Below, one piece after another: positions 31,156-39,412 of a stretch of DNA of 64,000 nucleotides. The stretch lies in NCBI GenBank assembly GCA_007120035.1, contig SKON01000005.1, positions 614 to 64,613 of the forward strand. The letters are read 5' to 3'. Below the pieces are notes generated by a model. The model was not told where the DNA came from. It saw only the letters and a program-made list of their open reading frames with translations, and made no database searches. How positions within the stretch are numbered: the first letter of the stretch is position 1; each line of letters begins with the position of its first letter. A program made the translations under genes and the position numbers. Source of the DNA: Myxococcales bacterium (lineage in GTDB: Bacteria > Myxococcota_A > Bradymonadia > Bradymonadales > Bradymonadaceae).

Positions 31156-32361
31156 ATGAAGATCACGACGATGATGAGAGCCCCGGCGCTGCTCCTGGTG
31201 TTGTTGGTGGTGGCCACGGCCTGCCGGACGGCGCCGACGGTGGAGGACGATACAGCGCCGCCGGAGCCGACGAAGTTGGAGCGGATCTCTGAGGACACGG
31301 GGTTGTCCATCGAGTCTCTGGAGCTCTTCGATGAGTCTCTGGGGGTGATGGACTCCGACCGGAGCGCCGCGGCGGCGATCCTGGAGCGAGTGGTGGAGCT
31401 GGAGCCGACCTTCGCGGAGGCCCACTTCAACCTGGGGCTCCTCTACGGGGACATGGATCGCCCCGAGGACGCGGTGGTCCATATCCAGCAGGCCCGAGAG
31501 CTCGATCCCGACGTGTTCGACTACACCGTGGCGATGGCCAAGGCCTACGCCGAAGCCGGGGAGTACGAGGACGCCAAGCGGCTGTTCAACGAGGTCGTCA
31601 CCCGTCAGCCCGACAACCTGGTGGCCAAGAATAACCTGGCCGTGATCGCCCTGCGGCAGGGAGACGAGGAAGAAGCCCTGCGGTTTGTGGAAGAGATCCT
31701 CCGGGAAGACAACCAGAACGTGGGGGCCCTGAACACCCTGGGGCTGGTGTACATGGAGCGACAGAACCTCTCCCTGGCGAAGTTCGTGCTGGGTCGGGCC
31801 CTGGAGCAAGACGAGCACCAGGTCGATGTGTTGAACAACCTGGGGCTGGTGTACATGCAGGAGGAGAACGTGCCGGCGGCGGTGCGGGCCTTCGCCCGGG
31901 CCGTGGATGCCGATCCGAACTACCTGGAGAGCCGCCTGAACCTGGGCTCGATCCTCCTGGAGTATCTCGATTACGAGCGGGCCCACGACCACTTCGAGAA
32001 CGCCGTGAGGATCGCGCCTCAGAACTGCGTGGCCAATCTGGGTAAGGGGGCGACCTCCTTTGCCCTGGGGAGCCACGAAGAGGCCTACGAGTTGTACTCC
32101 TACTACCTGGACAGCTGCGACAGCGATCACTATTCGTCGACCCAGCGGCTGGCGTCTCTGGCGGAGAACTACCTGCAGCGGCCAGGGGACGCGATTCGTC
32201 ATTACGAGCGGCTCATCGAGCTCAGCGATGACGCCAGCGATATCGCCAACTATGAAGCCACGATCGGGTTCTTGCGGACCCAGGCCGACCAGGCACAGCA
32301 GGCCCAGCCCGTGCAGCCTGACGAGATCGCCGAAGAAGAGGAAGAAGGCGATCAGGACTGA
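31156..32361 (+). CDS. TPR-repeat lipoprotein, GltE(AglT)/NfsE-like
   Basis: GAGGAA SD. Lipobox LVVATAC. Canonical TPR units (AEAHFNLGLLYGDMDRPEDAVVHIQQARELDP...). Alternative GTG at 31126 overlaps the upstream stop. Confidence 0.7.
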   Translation: MKITTMMRAPALLLVLLVVATACRTAPTVEDDTAPPEPTKLERISEDTGLSIESLELFDESLGVMDSDRSAAAAILERVVELEPTFAEAHFNLGLLYGDMDRPEDAVVHIQQARELDPDVFDYTVAMAKAYAEAGEYEDAKRLFNEVVTRQPDNLVAKNNLAVIALRQGDEEEALRFVEEILREDNQNVGALNTLGLVYMERQNLSLAKFVLGRALEQDEHQVDVLNNLGLVYMQEENVPAAVRAFARAVDADPNYLESRLNLGSILLEYLDYERAHDHFENAVRIAPQNCVANLGKGATSFALGSHEEAYELYSYYLDSCDSDHYSSTQRLASLAENYLQRPGDAIRHYERLIELSDDASDIANYEATIGFLRTQADQAQQAQPVQPDEIAEEEEEGDQD

Positions 32362-32443
32362 TGGATTGACGGTCAACGATCCTGTTTGTTACCTTGAGGG
32401 TCAGCAGTGAGCTGAACAGCCAACAACCGAAAAGAGGCTTGCG

Positions 32444-32704
32444 ATGAAGAGGAATCTGCTTTTTGCCCTGATTTTGGCAGCGGTGATGGCTCTGGGGTCC
32501 ACGGCGATGGCCGATGATGGAGATGGGGAGGAGCGAGCACGGTTCTACGATTTCGAGAACATGCTCATTGACGGGGAGTTCAGGTCGCCTGACCTGATGC
32601 TGATGGAGGGGCAGGGGCGAGCTCAGTTTGACCGTCTGTTGAACCTTCGGACCAGCTTCATCCCGAAGATCGAAGAGAGCACAGAAGAGCGCTCGTTGCG
32701 CTGA
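32444..32704 (+). CDS. Small secreted protein (86 aa) in the GltF/NfsF position
   Basis: AAGAGG SD. Signal peptide MKRNLLFALILAAVMALGSTAMA. Assigned by size and position only. Confidence 0.55.
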   Translation: MKRNLLFALILAAVMALGSTAMADDGDGEERARFYDFENMLIDGEFRSPDLMLMEGQGRAQFDRLLNLRTSFIPKIEESTEERSLR

Positions 32705-32792
32705 TGGGTCGGTTCTCCGGGGCGTTGCTGATTCGTCCTGAGCAACAGAGAGCGACGATGACTGAGCACGCCAGGAAAGGAGCAGTTCCACA

Positions 32793-34724
32793 ATGAAAAT
32801 CATTTGCGACAGCTGTGGAGCGAAGTATTCCATCGCCGATGAAAAGGTGCAGGGGAAGGTCTTCAAGATTCGCTGCAAGAAGTGCAGCGAGGTGATCGTC
32901 GTCAAGGGGACCGACGACGGTGGTGGCGGTGGCGGCGGAGATTACGGCTCGGCGTACGGCAACGGAGCCGGGGCGGCTGAGTGGTACGTCGTGATCGATG
33001 GAGAGCGGGACGGCCCGATCACCCCGGAGGAGATCGAAGCCTACTACACGATCGGCAAGTTGGGGCCCGAGACCTTCGTCTGGCGAGATGGGCTCGATGA
33101 TTGGGTGATGTTGAACACCCTGTCGGAGTTTGCTCATCTGACGGCGGACTCCGCCGGTCCGGAAGAGAAGACCATGATCGCCGCCCGATCCCCGGAGCTG
33201 GCGGACTCTCCGATGGCCGCGTCTCCGATGGCCGCGGCACCGGCGGCGGCCTCTCCGGCCGCGACGGCGCTGGGGATGGGAGGTCTGGCGGGGCTGGACG
33301 GTGGCGATGATGAACTGGAAGACTCCACGATGGTGATGGAGTCGGGGCGGTTCGAGGCCGGCCAGTTCGAGGCCCCCGAGGAGGAAAGCCATGCTGCCGT
33401 GGAGAGTGGAAGTTACGGTTCCCTGAGCGGGGCGTCCGGCGGTGCCGGGGCGGCCAACGGAGTCAACAACGGGTATGACTCGGGGTACAGCTCGGGAGGA
33501 ATCGAGGCCAGCGCGGCAAGCACCGATACTGGTGGAATGGACACGGGCGGTGGGTTTGACGCCGGGTATGACTCCGGCAGTGGCTACGATGACGGTGGCT
33601 ACGACGACAGCGATCAGGGGGGGATGTTTGCGGCCTTCGATTCGGGAGACGACTCCGACTACAGTAGCTCGGACTACTCGGCGGACGCCGGTCCCTCGCT
33701 GGAGAGCTCCGGCGGTGATGACCTGGTGGGGGCCCGAAACGATAACAGCGTCCTCTTCAGCCTGAGCAGCGTCGATCAGGTCAAGGCGGTGAGCAAGCCC
33801 GGTGACGGTCAGGCTCAGGGCAACGACAAATCCGGGCTGATCGACATCCAGGCGTTGGCGTCGACCCAGGCGGCCCTGAAAGGGGGAGGCGGCCTCGAGG
33901 ATGACGATGACGCCGACTTCGCGGCCGGAGCGATGAGCGTTCCCGCGTTGATGCCCATGGGTAGCCATAAGAAGAGCAACAATGGGCTGATTATCGGGAT
34001 CTCCATCGGCGGTGGTCTGGTGGTGGTGGCTTTGATCGTTATCGTGGCGGTGCTCTTGCTGAGGGATGGCGACGATCCACAGACTCAGCAGGTGGTGGCC
34101 GTGGCCGAGGAGTCCGAAGAGCCCGAAGAAGAGGAGCTCAGTGAAGAGGAGGCCGCCGAGGCGGAGGCGGCCGCTGAGGCTGCCCGAGCAGCCCTGGAGG
34201 CGGCCGAGGAAGAAGAGGAGGAAGAGGAAGAGGCCGAGCAAGAGGAAGAAGAAGCTCCTCGAGAGACGGCTCGAGCCGAGCGGACCCCCCGGCAGCCCCG
34301 CGGTGACAGTGGTGGGGCAGCGCGGCCACGTCAAGAGAGGCAAGAGACTCGTCAAACCGGCAGCAGTATCGTCGACCAGCTCGACCGGGGGCAGCGGCAA
34401 CAACAACAGCAGCCGGCACAGCAGCAGCAGGCCAGCCGATCGGACCTCCCGGAGAGCTTGAGCCGGAATATGGTGAGCAGCACGATCCGTCGATACAACG
34501 CTCAGATTCGAAGCTGCTCGCAGAATAACCCCGAAGGGGTGAGTGGGCAGGCGACGGTCCGGTTTGTGGTGATGGGCAACGGGTCGGTCTCCTCAGCGTC
34601 GGCTCAGGACGAGTTCTCGGGAACCACGGTGGGGAGCTGTCTGGAAGGAGTCGTGCGGGGGATGCGGTTCCCCGAGACCCAGGATGATCGCCGAACCATC
34701 GCGTTCCCGTTCCCCGTACGTTAA
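32793..34724 (+). CDS. Zinc-ribbon, GYF, single-TM, TonB-C-like (AgmX/PglI C-terminal) protein; GltJ/GltG/NfsG-like
   Basis: MKIICDSCGAKYSI...FKIRCKKCSEVIVV (MJ0042-type CxxC...CxxC). GYF_2-like segment EWYVVIDGERDGPITPEEIEAYYTIGKLGPETFVWRDGLDDWVML. TM segment GLIIGISIGGGLVVVALIVIVAVLLL. C-terminal segment ATVRFVVMGNGSV...VGSCLEGVVRGMRFP. Confidence 0.8.
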   Translation: MKIICDSCGAKYSIADEKVQGKVFKIRCKKCSEVIVVKGTDDGGGGGGGDYGSAYGNGAGAAEWYVVIDGERDGPITPEEIEAYYTIGKLGPETFVWRDGLDDWVMLNTLSEFAHLTADSAGPEEKTMIAARSPELADSPMAASPMAAAPAAASPAATALGMGGLAGLDGGDDELEDSTMVMESGRFEAGQFEAPEEESHAAVESGSYGSLSGASGGAGAANGVNNGYDSGYSSGGIEASAASTDTGGMDTGGGFDAGYDSGSGYDDGGYDDSDQGGMFAAFDSGDDSDYSSSDYSADAGPSLESSGGDDLVGARNDNSVLFSLSSVDQVKAVSKPGDGQAQGNDKSGLIDIQALASTQAALKGGGGLEDDDDADFAAGAMSVPALMPMGSHKKSNNGLIIGISIGGGLVVVALIVIVAVLLLRDGDDPQTQQVVAVAEESEEPEEEELSEEEAAEAEAAAEAARAALEAAEEEEEEEEEAEQEEEEAPRETARAERTPRQPRGDSGGAARPRQERQETRQTGSSIVDQLDRGQRQQQQQPAQQQQASRSDLPESLSRNMVSSTIRRYNAQIRSCSQNNPEGVSGQATVRFVVMGNGSVSSASAQDEFSGTTVGSCLEGVVRGMRFPETQDDRRTIAFPFPVR

Positions 34725-34725
34725 T

Positions 34726-35298
34726 ATGATCCGTACTATTCTCAGCGCGATCGCCGGAAGATCGGCGATCGCGCTCGTCGTTGGGGGACTCCTCGTGGTG
34801 GGCTGTCAGGGGCCCCAGGAAGAGCCGATTCCGTGGGTCCCCGAAGAGGAGGAGAGCTCCAAGGCGTCGACGCAGGAGACGGCGGAGAGCACCGGAGGGC
34901 TGGCCACCCAGGAGGACCCTCAGTTGCCAGGGGGACGTTCCTTGCGGGAGATGGGGCAGGATCTGCAGGCTCGGCAGGGATTCCGGCCGGAGATCACGGG
35001 GGTCCACCTTCGGTATCTGATGGGGGAGTATCGGGAGGTCTGGGAGGTCTGTTACGAAGAGCACGGCGGGGACGAGCGGCCCGAGGTGGTGGTGCATTTC
35101 TCTGTGAGCCCCAACGGGAAGCCCTTTGAAATCCAGGCGGCCGAGGAACTGGCGGGGGGAGAGCTAGCGACTTGTCTGACCGACGCTCTGGCGTCCTATA
35201 CCTTTCCCCCGTTGAACCGAGCGGAGCCGCAAGAGCTGCGGTACATCTTCCGGCCCGAGCCCCCTCAGGCGCTATTCTCCGAGCCCAGAAGGCGTTGA
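34726..35298 (+). CDS. Lipoprotein with an AgmX/PglI-type C-terminal domain, in the GltH/NfsH position
   Basis: Lipobox LLVVGC. The C-terminal segment VVVHFSVSPNGKPF...LATCLTDALASYTFPP parallels the C-terminus of the upstream gene. The start lies 1 nt after the upstream stop. Confidence 0.65.
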   Translation: MIRTILSAIAGRSAIALVVGGLLVVGCQGPQEEPIPWVPEEEESSKASTQETAESTGGLATQEDPQLPGGRSLREMGQDLQARQGFRPEITGVHLRYLMGEYREVWEVCYEEHGGDERPEVVVHFSVSPNGKPFEIQAAEELAGGELATCLTDALASYTFPPLNRAEPQELRYIFRPEPPQALFSEPRRR

Positions 35299-36806
35299 AG
35301 GCGAGGATCATCGGGGCGGACGGCCAGGGTCGAGCCGCCGGAGACTGTGACCAGACCGTGCGGGGCGTTAGAGGGCTTACGGACGTGCTTGGCCCGGGTG
35401 TAGGTGACGTCCACCAGGGTGTCTGACTTCCCACGAGAAAAGTGAGCGGCGAGGAGCGCGGCGTCGAGGAGGTCCTCACTGCGGGGATCGGCGTCTTTCT
35501 CCATTCGCAACACCACATGGGCTCCGGCGAAGTCCCGGGCGTGGAGCCACAGGTCTCGCCCACGGGCGACGGAGACGGTGAGCTCGTCGTTGTGGCGAGC
35601 GCCGCGGCCCACGAGGATGGTAGCGCCGCTGAGGGCCAGGAAGGTACGATAAGGGGGCAGCGAGGCGGCGCCTTTTCGACCGGGAGTGCGTCGGGGCTGT
35701 TTCTTCTTGAGAAGTCGCCGGCTGCGGAGGTCCTCCCGGAGAGCCTGGAGCTCTTGGAGGGGGAGCTCGGCGGTGATCTCGGCCCGGGCGGCTTCGATGG
35801 TGTCGAGGCGTTCCATGATGGATAGGAGGCGATCCTCGACGCGTTGCCGAGCCGCGCTGTAGCGGCGGTATTGATGAAAATAGCGGTCGATATTGGCCTG
35901 GAGGCTCTTGGCGGGATCCAGGGGGATCTCCACCAGGGGCATGCCCTCCTGGTAGTAATCGGGGACCTCCACGGAGGAAGCCCCCCGTTGGACGACGCCG
36001 TAGGCGCTCTGCAAGAGCTCGCCGCGGCGTTGAAACTCCTCGGCGTCTTCGATCTTTTCGAGGTCCGCTTCGATGTTCTGGACCTTGCGGCGGGTGCGGC
36101 GGGCGGCGCTCTTCAGGGAGCTCCGAAGGGCCCGGCGGAGCTCGTCGGCGGCGGCTTCGCCGAGGTGGCTGTCGAGGAAGCTGGCCAACGCCTGGGAGCG
36201 GCTGCCGTCGGGGGGCAAGTCGTCGAGGGGTGGCAGGTCGTGGGGATCCGTGTCCTGGGAGAGCTCCGGAGGGGGAGCGGGGAGGGTGTAGGGACGGCCC
36301 GGGTCGTCGGTGCGGTCGCCCAGGAGGGGACCGGGGGTGGCGCCGAGGATGGTCCCGGACTCCCGAAGGAGAAAGATCTTGGGGGAGCCGCCGACGAGCT
36401 CGGCGACGAGTCGCAGGGGGACCCGTGGGGCCTGGTCGTCGTCGTCGACGGGCTCCCAGTCGGGGTCCACGGCCTCGAGGTCCAAGGTGATCACTCGATC
36501 CCGGGGAGAGAGGGCGATGTCGGTGATCCAGGCGCCGTGGATCCACTTGCGAAGGAGCATCGTCCAGGCCGTCGGGGTGTCCGGCTGGGTGGGTTTCTGG
36601 GCCACCAGGTGCACCCTGGGCCATCGCCGGTGGGGGTCGAGGCGCAGGTGGTGGGTGTGCCCGGGGGAACGGATCTGGAGGACCACGGCCCGATCGGAGG
36701 CCCCCTGGAGATCGAGGCACCCGAAGGCCCGCTGGATCCGGGCCGGGATGAGCAGGGACCGGAGCTCTTCGGTGATCAGGTCGAGGGTGTGGTGTGAGAG
36801 GGGCAT
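35265..36806 (-). CDS. NFACT-family (FbpA/RqcH-like) protein with a DUF814 domain
   Basis: C-terminal DUF814 pattern DLWLHARDFAGAHVVLR...VDVTYTRAKHVRKP. The N-terminal domain is NFACT-N-like. Confidence 0.8.
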   Translation of the reverse strand: MPLSHHTLDLITEELRSLLIPARIQRAFGCLDLQGASDRAVVLQIRSPGHTHHLRLDPHRRWPRVHLVAQKPTQPDTPTAWTMLLRKWIHGAWITDIALSPRDRVITLDLEAVDPDWEPVDDDDQAPRVPLRLVAELVGGSPKIFLLRESGTILGATPGPLLGDRTDDPGRPYTLPAPPPELSQDTDPHDLPPLDDLPPDGSRSQALASFLDSHLGEAAADELRRALRSSLKSAARRTRRKVQNIEADLEKIEDAEEFQRRGELLQSAYGVVQRGASSVEVPDYYQEGMPLVEIPLDPAKSLQANIDRYFHQYRRYSAARQRVEDRLLSIMERLDTIEAARAEITAELPLQELQALREDLRSRRLLKKKQPRRTPGRKGAASLPPYRTFLALSGATILVGRGARHNDELTVSVARGRDLWLHARDFAGAHVVLRMEKDADPRSEDLLDAALLAAHFSRGKSDTLVDVTYTRAKHVRKPSNAPHGLVTVSGGSTLAVRPDDPRLQRLLGSENSA

Positions 36807-36931
36807 CAGGACGTTGTGGGGAGCCGGTGAGGAGGGAAGTACTTGGATTCTGTCTCGATCGTGGTAGCCTCATCGCGAGGCGGATTTTATGTCAGGAGGC
36901 CTCGGGCGGCGGAATCAGGGAGTAGAGAGCG

Positions 36932-37711
36932 ATGACGGAGTCGATGGGAAGAGGGCGAAGGGCGGTGGGGATCTGGGCCGCGGTGTTGGGGCTGCTCTTT
37001 TTCACGGGGTGCGCCATGCTCCAGAATCCCGAGAATGAGGATCAGAAGCAAGCCGAGTGGCACTACGAGATGGGGATGGGGTATTTCGAAGCCAATGACA
37101 CGACCCACGCGATCCGGGAGCTGACCCGGGCGTTGGAGTTGAACCCCGATCACAGCCAGGCCCACTACTTGATGGGGTTTATCTACATGGGTCGGCGGGA
37201 TTACACCCGGTCGATCCATCACTTTCGAGAGACCCTGAGGGTGGATCCAAATTACTACTTCGCCCAGAACAACCTGGGGACCGTGTATCTGGCGATGGAG
37301 CGGTGGGAAGACGCCGCGGAGCTCTTCGCGGAGCTTCTGGAGAGGCCGCTGTACACCACGCCGGAGCTGGCCCATAACAACCTGGGGTGGGCCTACTTCA
37401 AGATGGGGCGCCACGCCGAGGCCCTGGAGCACCTGCGGATGGCCGTGTTCTTGTCCCCCGATATGTGCCTGGCGGACAACAATATGGGGCAGGTCTACGA
37501 GGAGATGGGCAACCGATCCGACGCGGCCCGGTATTATCGGCGAGCCATCGAGAAGTGCCCGCGAAACTATCAGGAGCCTCACTTTCGGTTGGGGAGGCTC
37601 CTGCAGGAGCAGGGCGACCCCAACGCGGCGGCGCATTTTCGGCGGTGCATTGAGATCCAGTCCCGCAGCGATCTGGCCGAGCGGTGTCGGCAGTATCTGA
37701 GCGTGAACTAG
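36932..37711 (+). CDS. TPR lipoprotein resembling the type IV pilus secretin assembly factor PilF/PilW/Tgl
   Basis: Lipobox FFTGC. About 6 TPR units, including LYTTPELAHNNLGWAYFKMG, and a C-terminal Cys pair (CIEIQ...ERC). Size is about 250 aa, as in PilF/Tgl. Confidence 0.6.
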   Translation: MTESMGRGRRAVGIWAAVLGLLFFTGCAMLQNPENEDQKQAEWHYEMGMGYFEANDTTHAIRELTRALELNPDHSQAHYLMGFIYMGRRDYTRSIHHFRETLRVDPNYYFAQNNLGTVYLAMERWEDAAELFAELLERPLYTTPELAHNNLGWAYFKMGRHAEALEHLRMAVFLSPDMCLADNNMGQVYEEMGNRSDAARYYRRAIEKCPRNYQEPHFRLGRLLQEQGDPNAAAHFRRCIEIQSRSDLAERCRQYLSVN

Positions 37712-37726
37712 GACAGGACCAGAGAA

Positions 37727-39412
37727 CTAGGGGAACTCGGAACGAACGCTTCGCTCCATGAGCCTCTCGAAGAGGCCCGGGGCGACGCGTCGTAGCCAGT
37801 AGGAGACGTGGGCGGTGGTGCCGACCAGGGCCTGGCGGCGGCGGTTCAGGACGGCGTCGGCGATCTGGCGAGCCGCTTCGGAGGCGTCGACCTCGGTGGC
37901 GCCGTCGCGGGCGTTCTGGCGAAACTCGGTGCTCAGGTAGGAGGGGCAGACCATGGTGATGGAGACGCCCTGGTCGTCGACCTCGGTGCGGAGGCTCTCG
38001 AAGAATCCGTGGAGGCCGTGTTTGCTGGCGGCGTAGGCGGTTCGCCCCTTCAGGGGGGCGAAGCCGGCGACGCTGGAGATCACGGCGATGCGGCCCCGGG
38101 CGGCGATCAGGTGGGGCAGGGCTGCGTGGGTCATGCGGATGGAGCCCATGAGGTTGACGTCAAGGACCTCGTGGATCCGGGAGAGGTCGGCGTCATGAAA
38201 GAGGCTTCGCAGGGGCAGGCCGGCGTTGTTGTAGAGCACATGGAGCTCGCCGAAGCGCTCCAGAGTCTCGTCGACGGCCCGGCGGCAGTCCTCTTCGGAG
38301 GTGAGGTCCGCTTCGATGATGAGGTGATCGCCGTCGAGGTCGAGATCGGCGGGCCGGAGGTCGACGAGGGCCAGCCGGGCGCCTCGCCGGGCGTGCTCTT
38401 CGGCCAGGGCCCGGCCGAGACCGCCGGCGGCGCCCGTGATGAGCACTACCGGGGCGGTGTCCTGGCGAGCCTTGCGGTATCGCTCAAAGGCCTGGCGAGA
38501 GGTGTAGGTCGGGGTGAACCCGAAGTCCTCCTTCAGGGCCCGGTTGTCGAGGACCGGGCGGTGCTTCAAGAAGATCACCTGCTCCGGTCCGTAGGGGCTG
38601 AGGCCATGGCGAGAGAGCTGTTTGAGGGCCAGACGAACCAGGTGTTCCGGGAGGGCCAGGTAGCGACCGCCCATCAGCTCGGCGATCTCCGAGAGGTGGA
38701 GGACCCCGTCGCCGGTGAGGTTGAAGACGCCCTGGCGGCCTGTCTTGAGGCCGTGGAAGAGGGCGTCCACGGCGTCGTCGTCGGCGATGATGCAGAAGGG
38801 GGCGTCGGCGCCTCGGATCCCGGTGACCAGGGAGCGCTCGAAGAGGGCGGTGATCTGGTTGTCCGTGGTGGGCCCCAGGATGGTGGAGACCCGAAAGATC
38901 AGCTGTTGGAGCTCCGGGTGGTTTGCCCGGACCTCTTCGAGGTACTCCTCGACGAGGCGCTTGTGGTGGGCGTAGGCGAAGACCTCGTTGCCCCGGACCG
39001 GATCGGTCTCCACGAGGGCCGGTGGGTTGTCGGGGTGGTAGCCGTAGGCGGCGCCGCTGGAGGTGTAGAGAAACCGCGTAACGCCCTGGGCGAGGCAAGC
39101 CTCGACGACGTATTGGGTGCCCAGGACATCGACCTCGTACTGAAGACGTCGGGTGTCTCCCGGGGGTGGGGTGACCATGGCCGCCAGGTGGATCACCGTG
39201 GTGGGGGAGAATGCGTCAAAAGTCTCGTGGACGGCCGCTTCGTCTCGGATGTCCAGGATCCGGGTCTCGACGAGCTCGGGCCTGGACGGCGTGATGGGCC
39301 GAATGTCGGTGGCCATCACGGCGTCGGCCATCTCGGGGTTGTCCTCGATGCGCTGCAAGAGGCGAGCGCCGAGGAAGCCGGCGGCGCCGGTGATCAGGAT
39401 TCGTTCAGTCAT
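37727..39412 (-). CDS. Fusion of an extended SDR (NAD-dependent epimerase/dehydratase-like) and a classical SDR
   Basis: N-terminal half: ILITGAAGFLGARL and YAHHK (YxxxK). C-terminal half: VLITGAAGGLGRALA, NNAG, SSVAG and YAASKHGL. Confidence 0.85.
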   Translation of the reverse strand: MTERILITGAAGFLGARLLQRIEDNPEMADAVMATDIRPITPSRPELVETRILDIRDEAAVHETFDAFSPTTVIHLAAMVTPPPGDTRRLQYEVDVLGTQYVVEACLAQGVTRFLYTSSGAAYGYHPDNPPALVETDPVRGNEVFAYAHHKRLVEEYLEEVRANHPELQQLIFRVSTILGPTTDNQITALFERSLVTGIRGADAPFCIIADDDAVDALFHGLKTGRQGVFNLTGDGVLHLSEIAELMGGRYLALPEHLVRLALKQLSRHGLSPYGPEQVIFLKHRPVLDNRALKEDFGFTPTYTSRQAFERYRKARQDTAPVVLITGAAGGLGRALAEEHARRGARLALVDLRPADLDLDGDHLIIEADLTSEEDCRRAVDETLERFGELHVLYNNAGLPLRSLFHDADLSRIHEVLDVNLMGSIRMTHAALPHLIAARGRIAVISSVAGFAPLKGRTAYAASKHGLHGFFESLRTEVDDQGVSITMVCPSYLSTEFRQNARDGATEVDASEAARQIADAVLNRRRQALVGTTAHVSYWLRRVAPGLFERLMERSVRSEFP

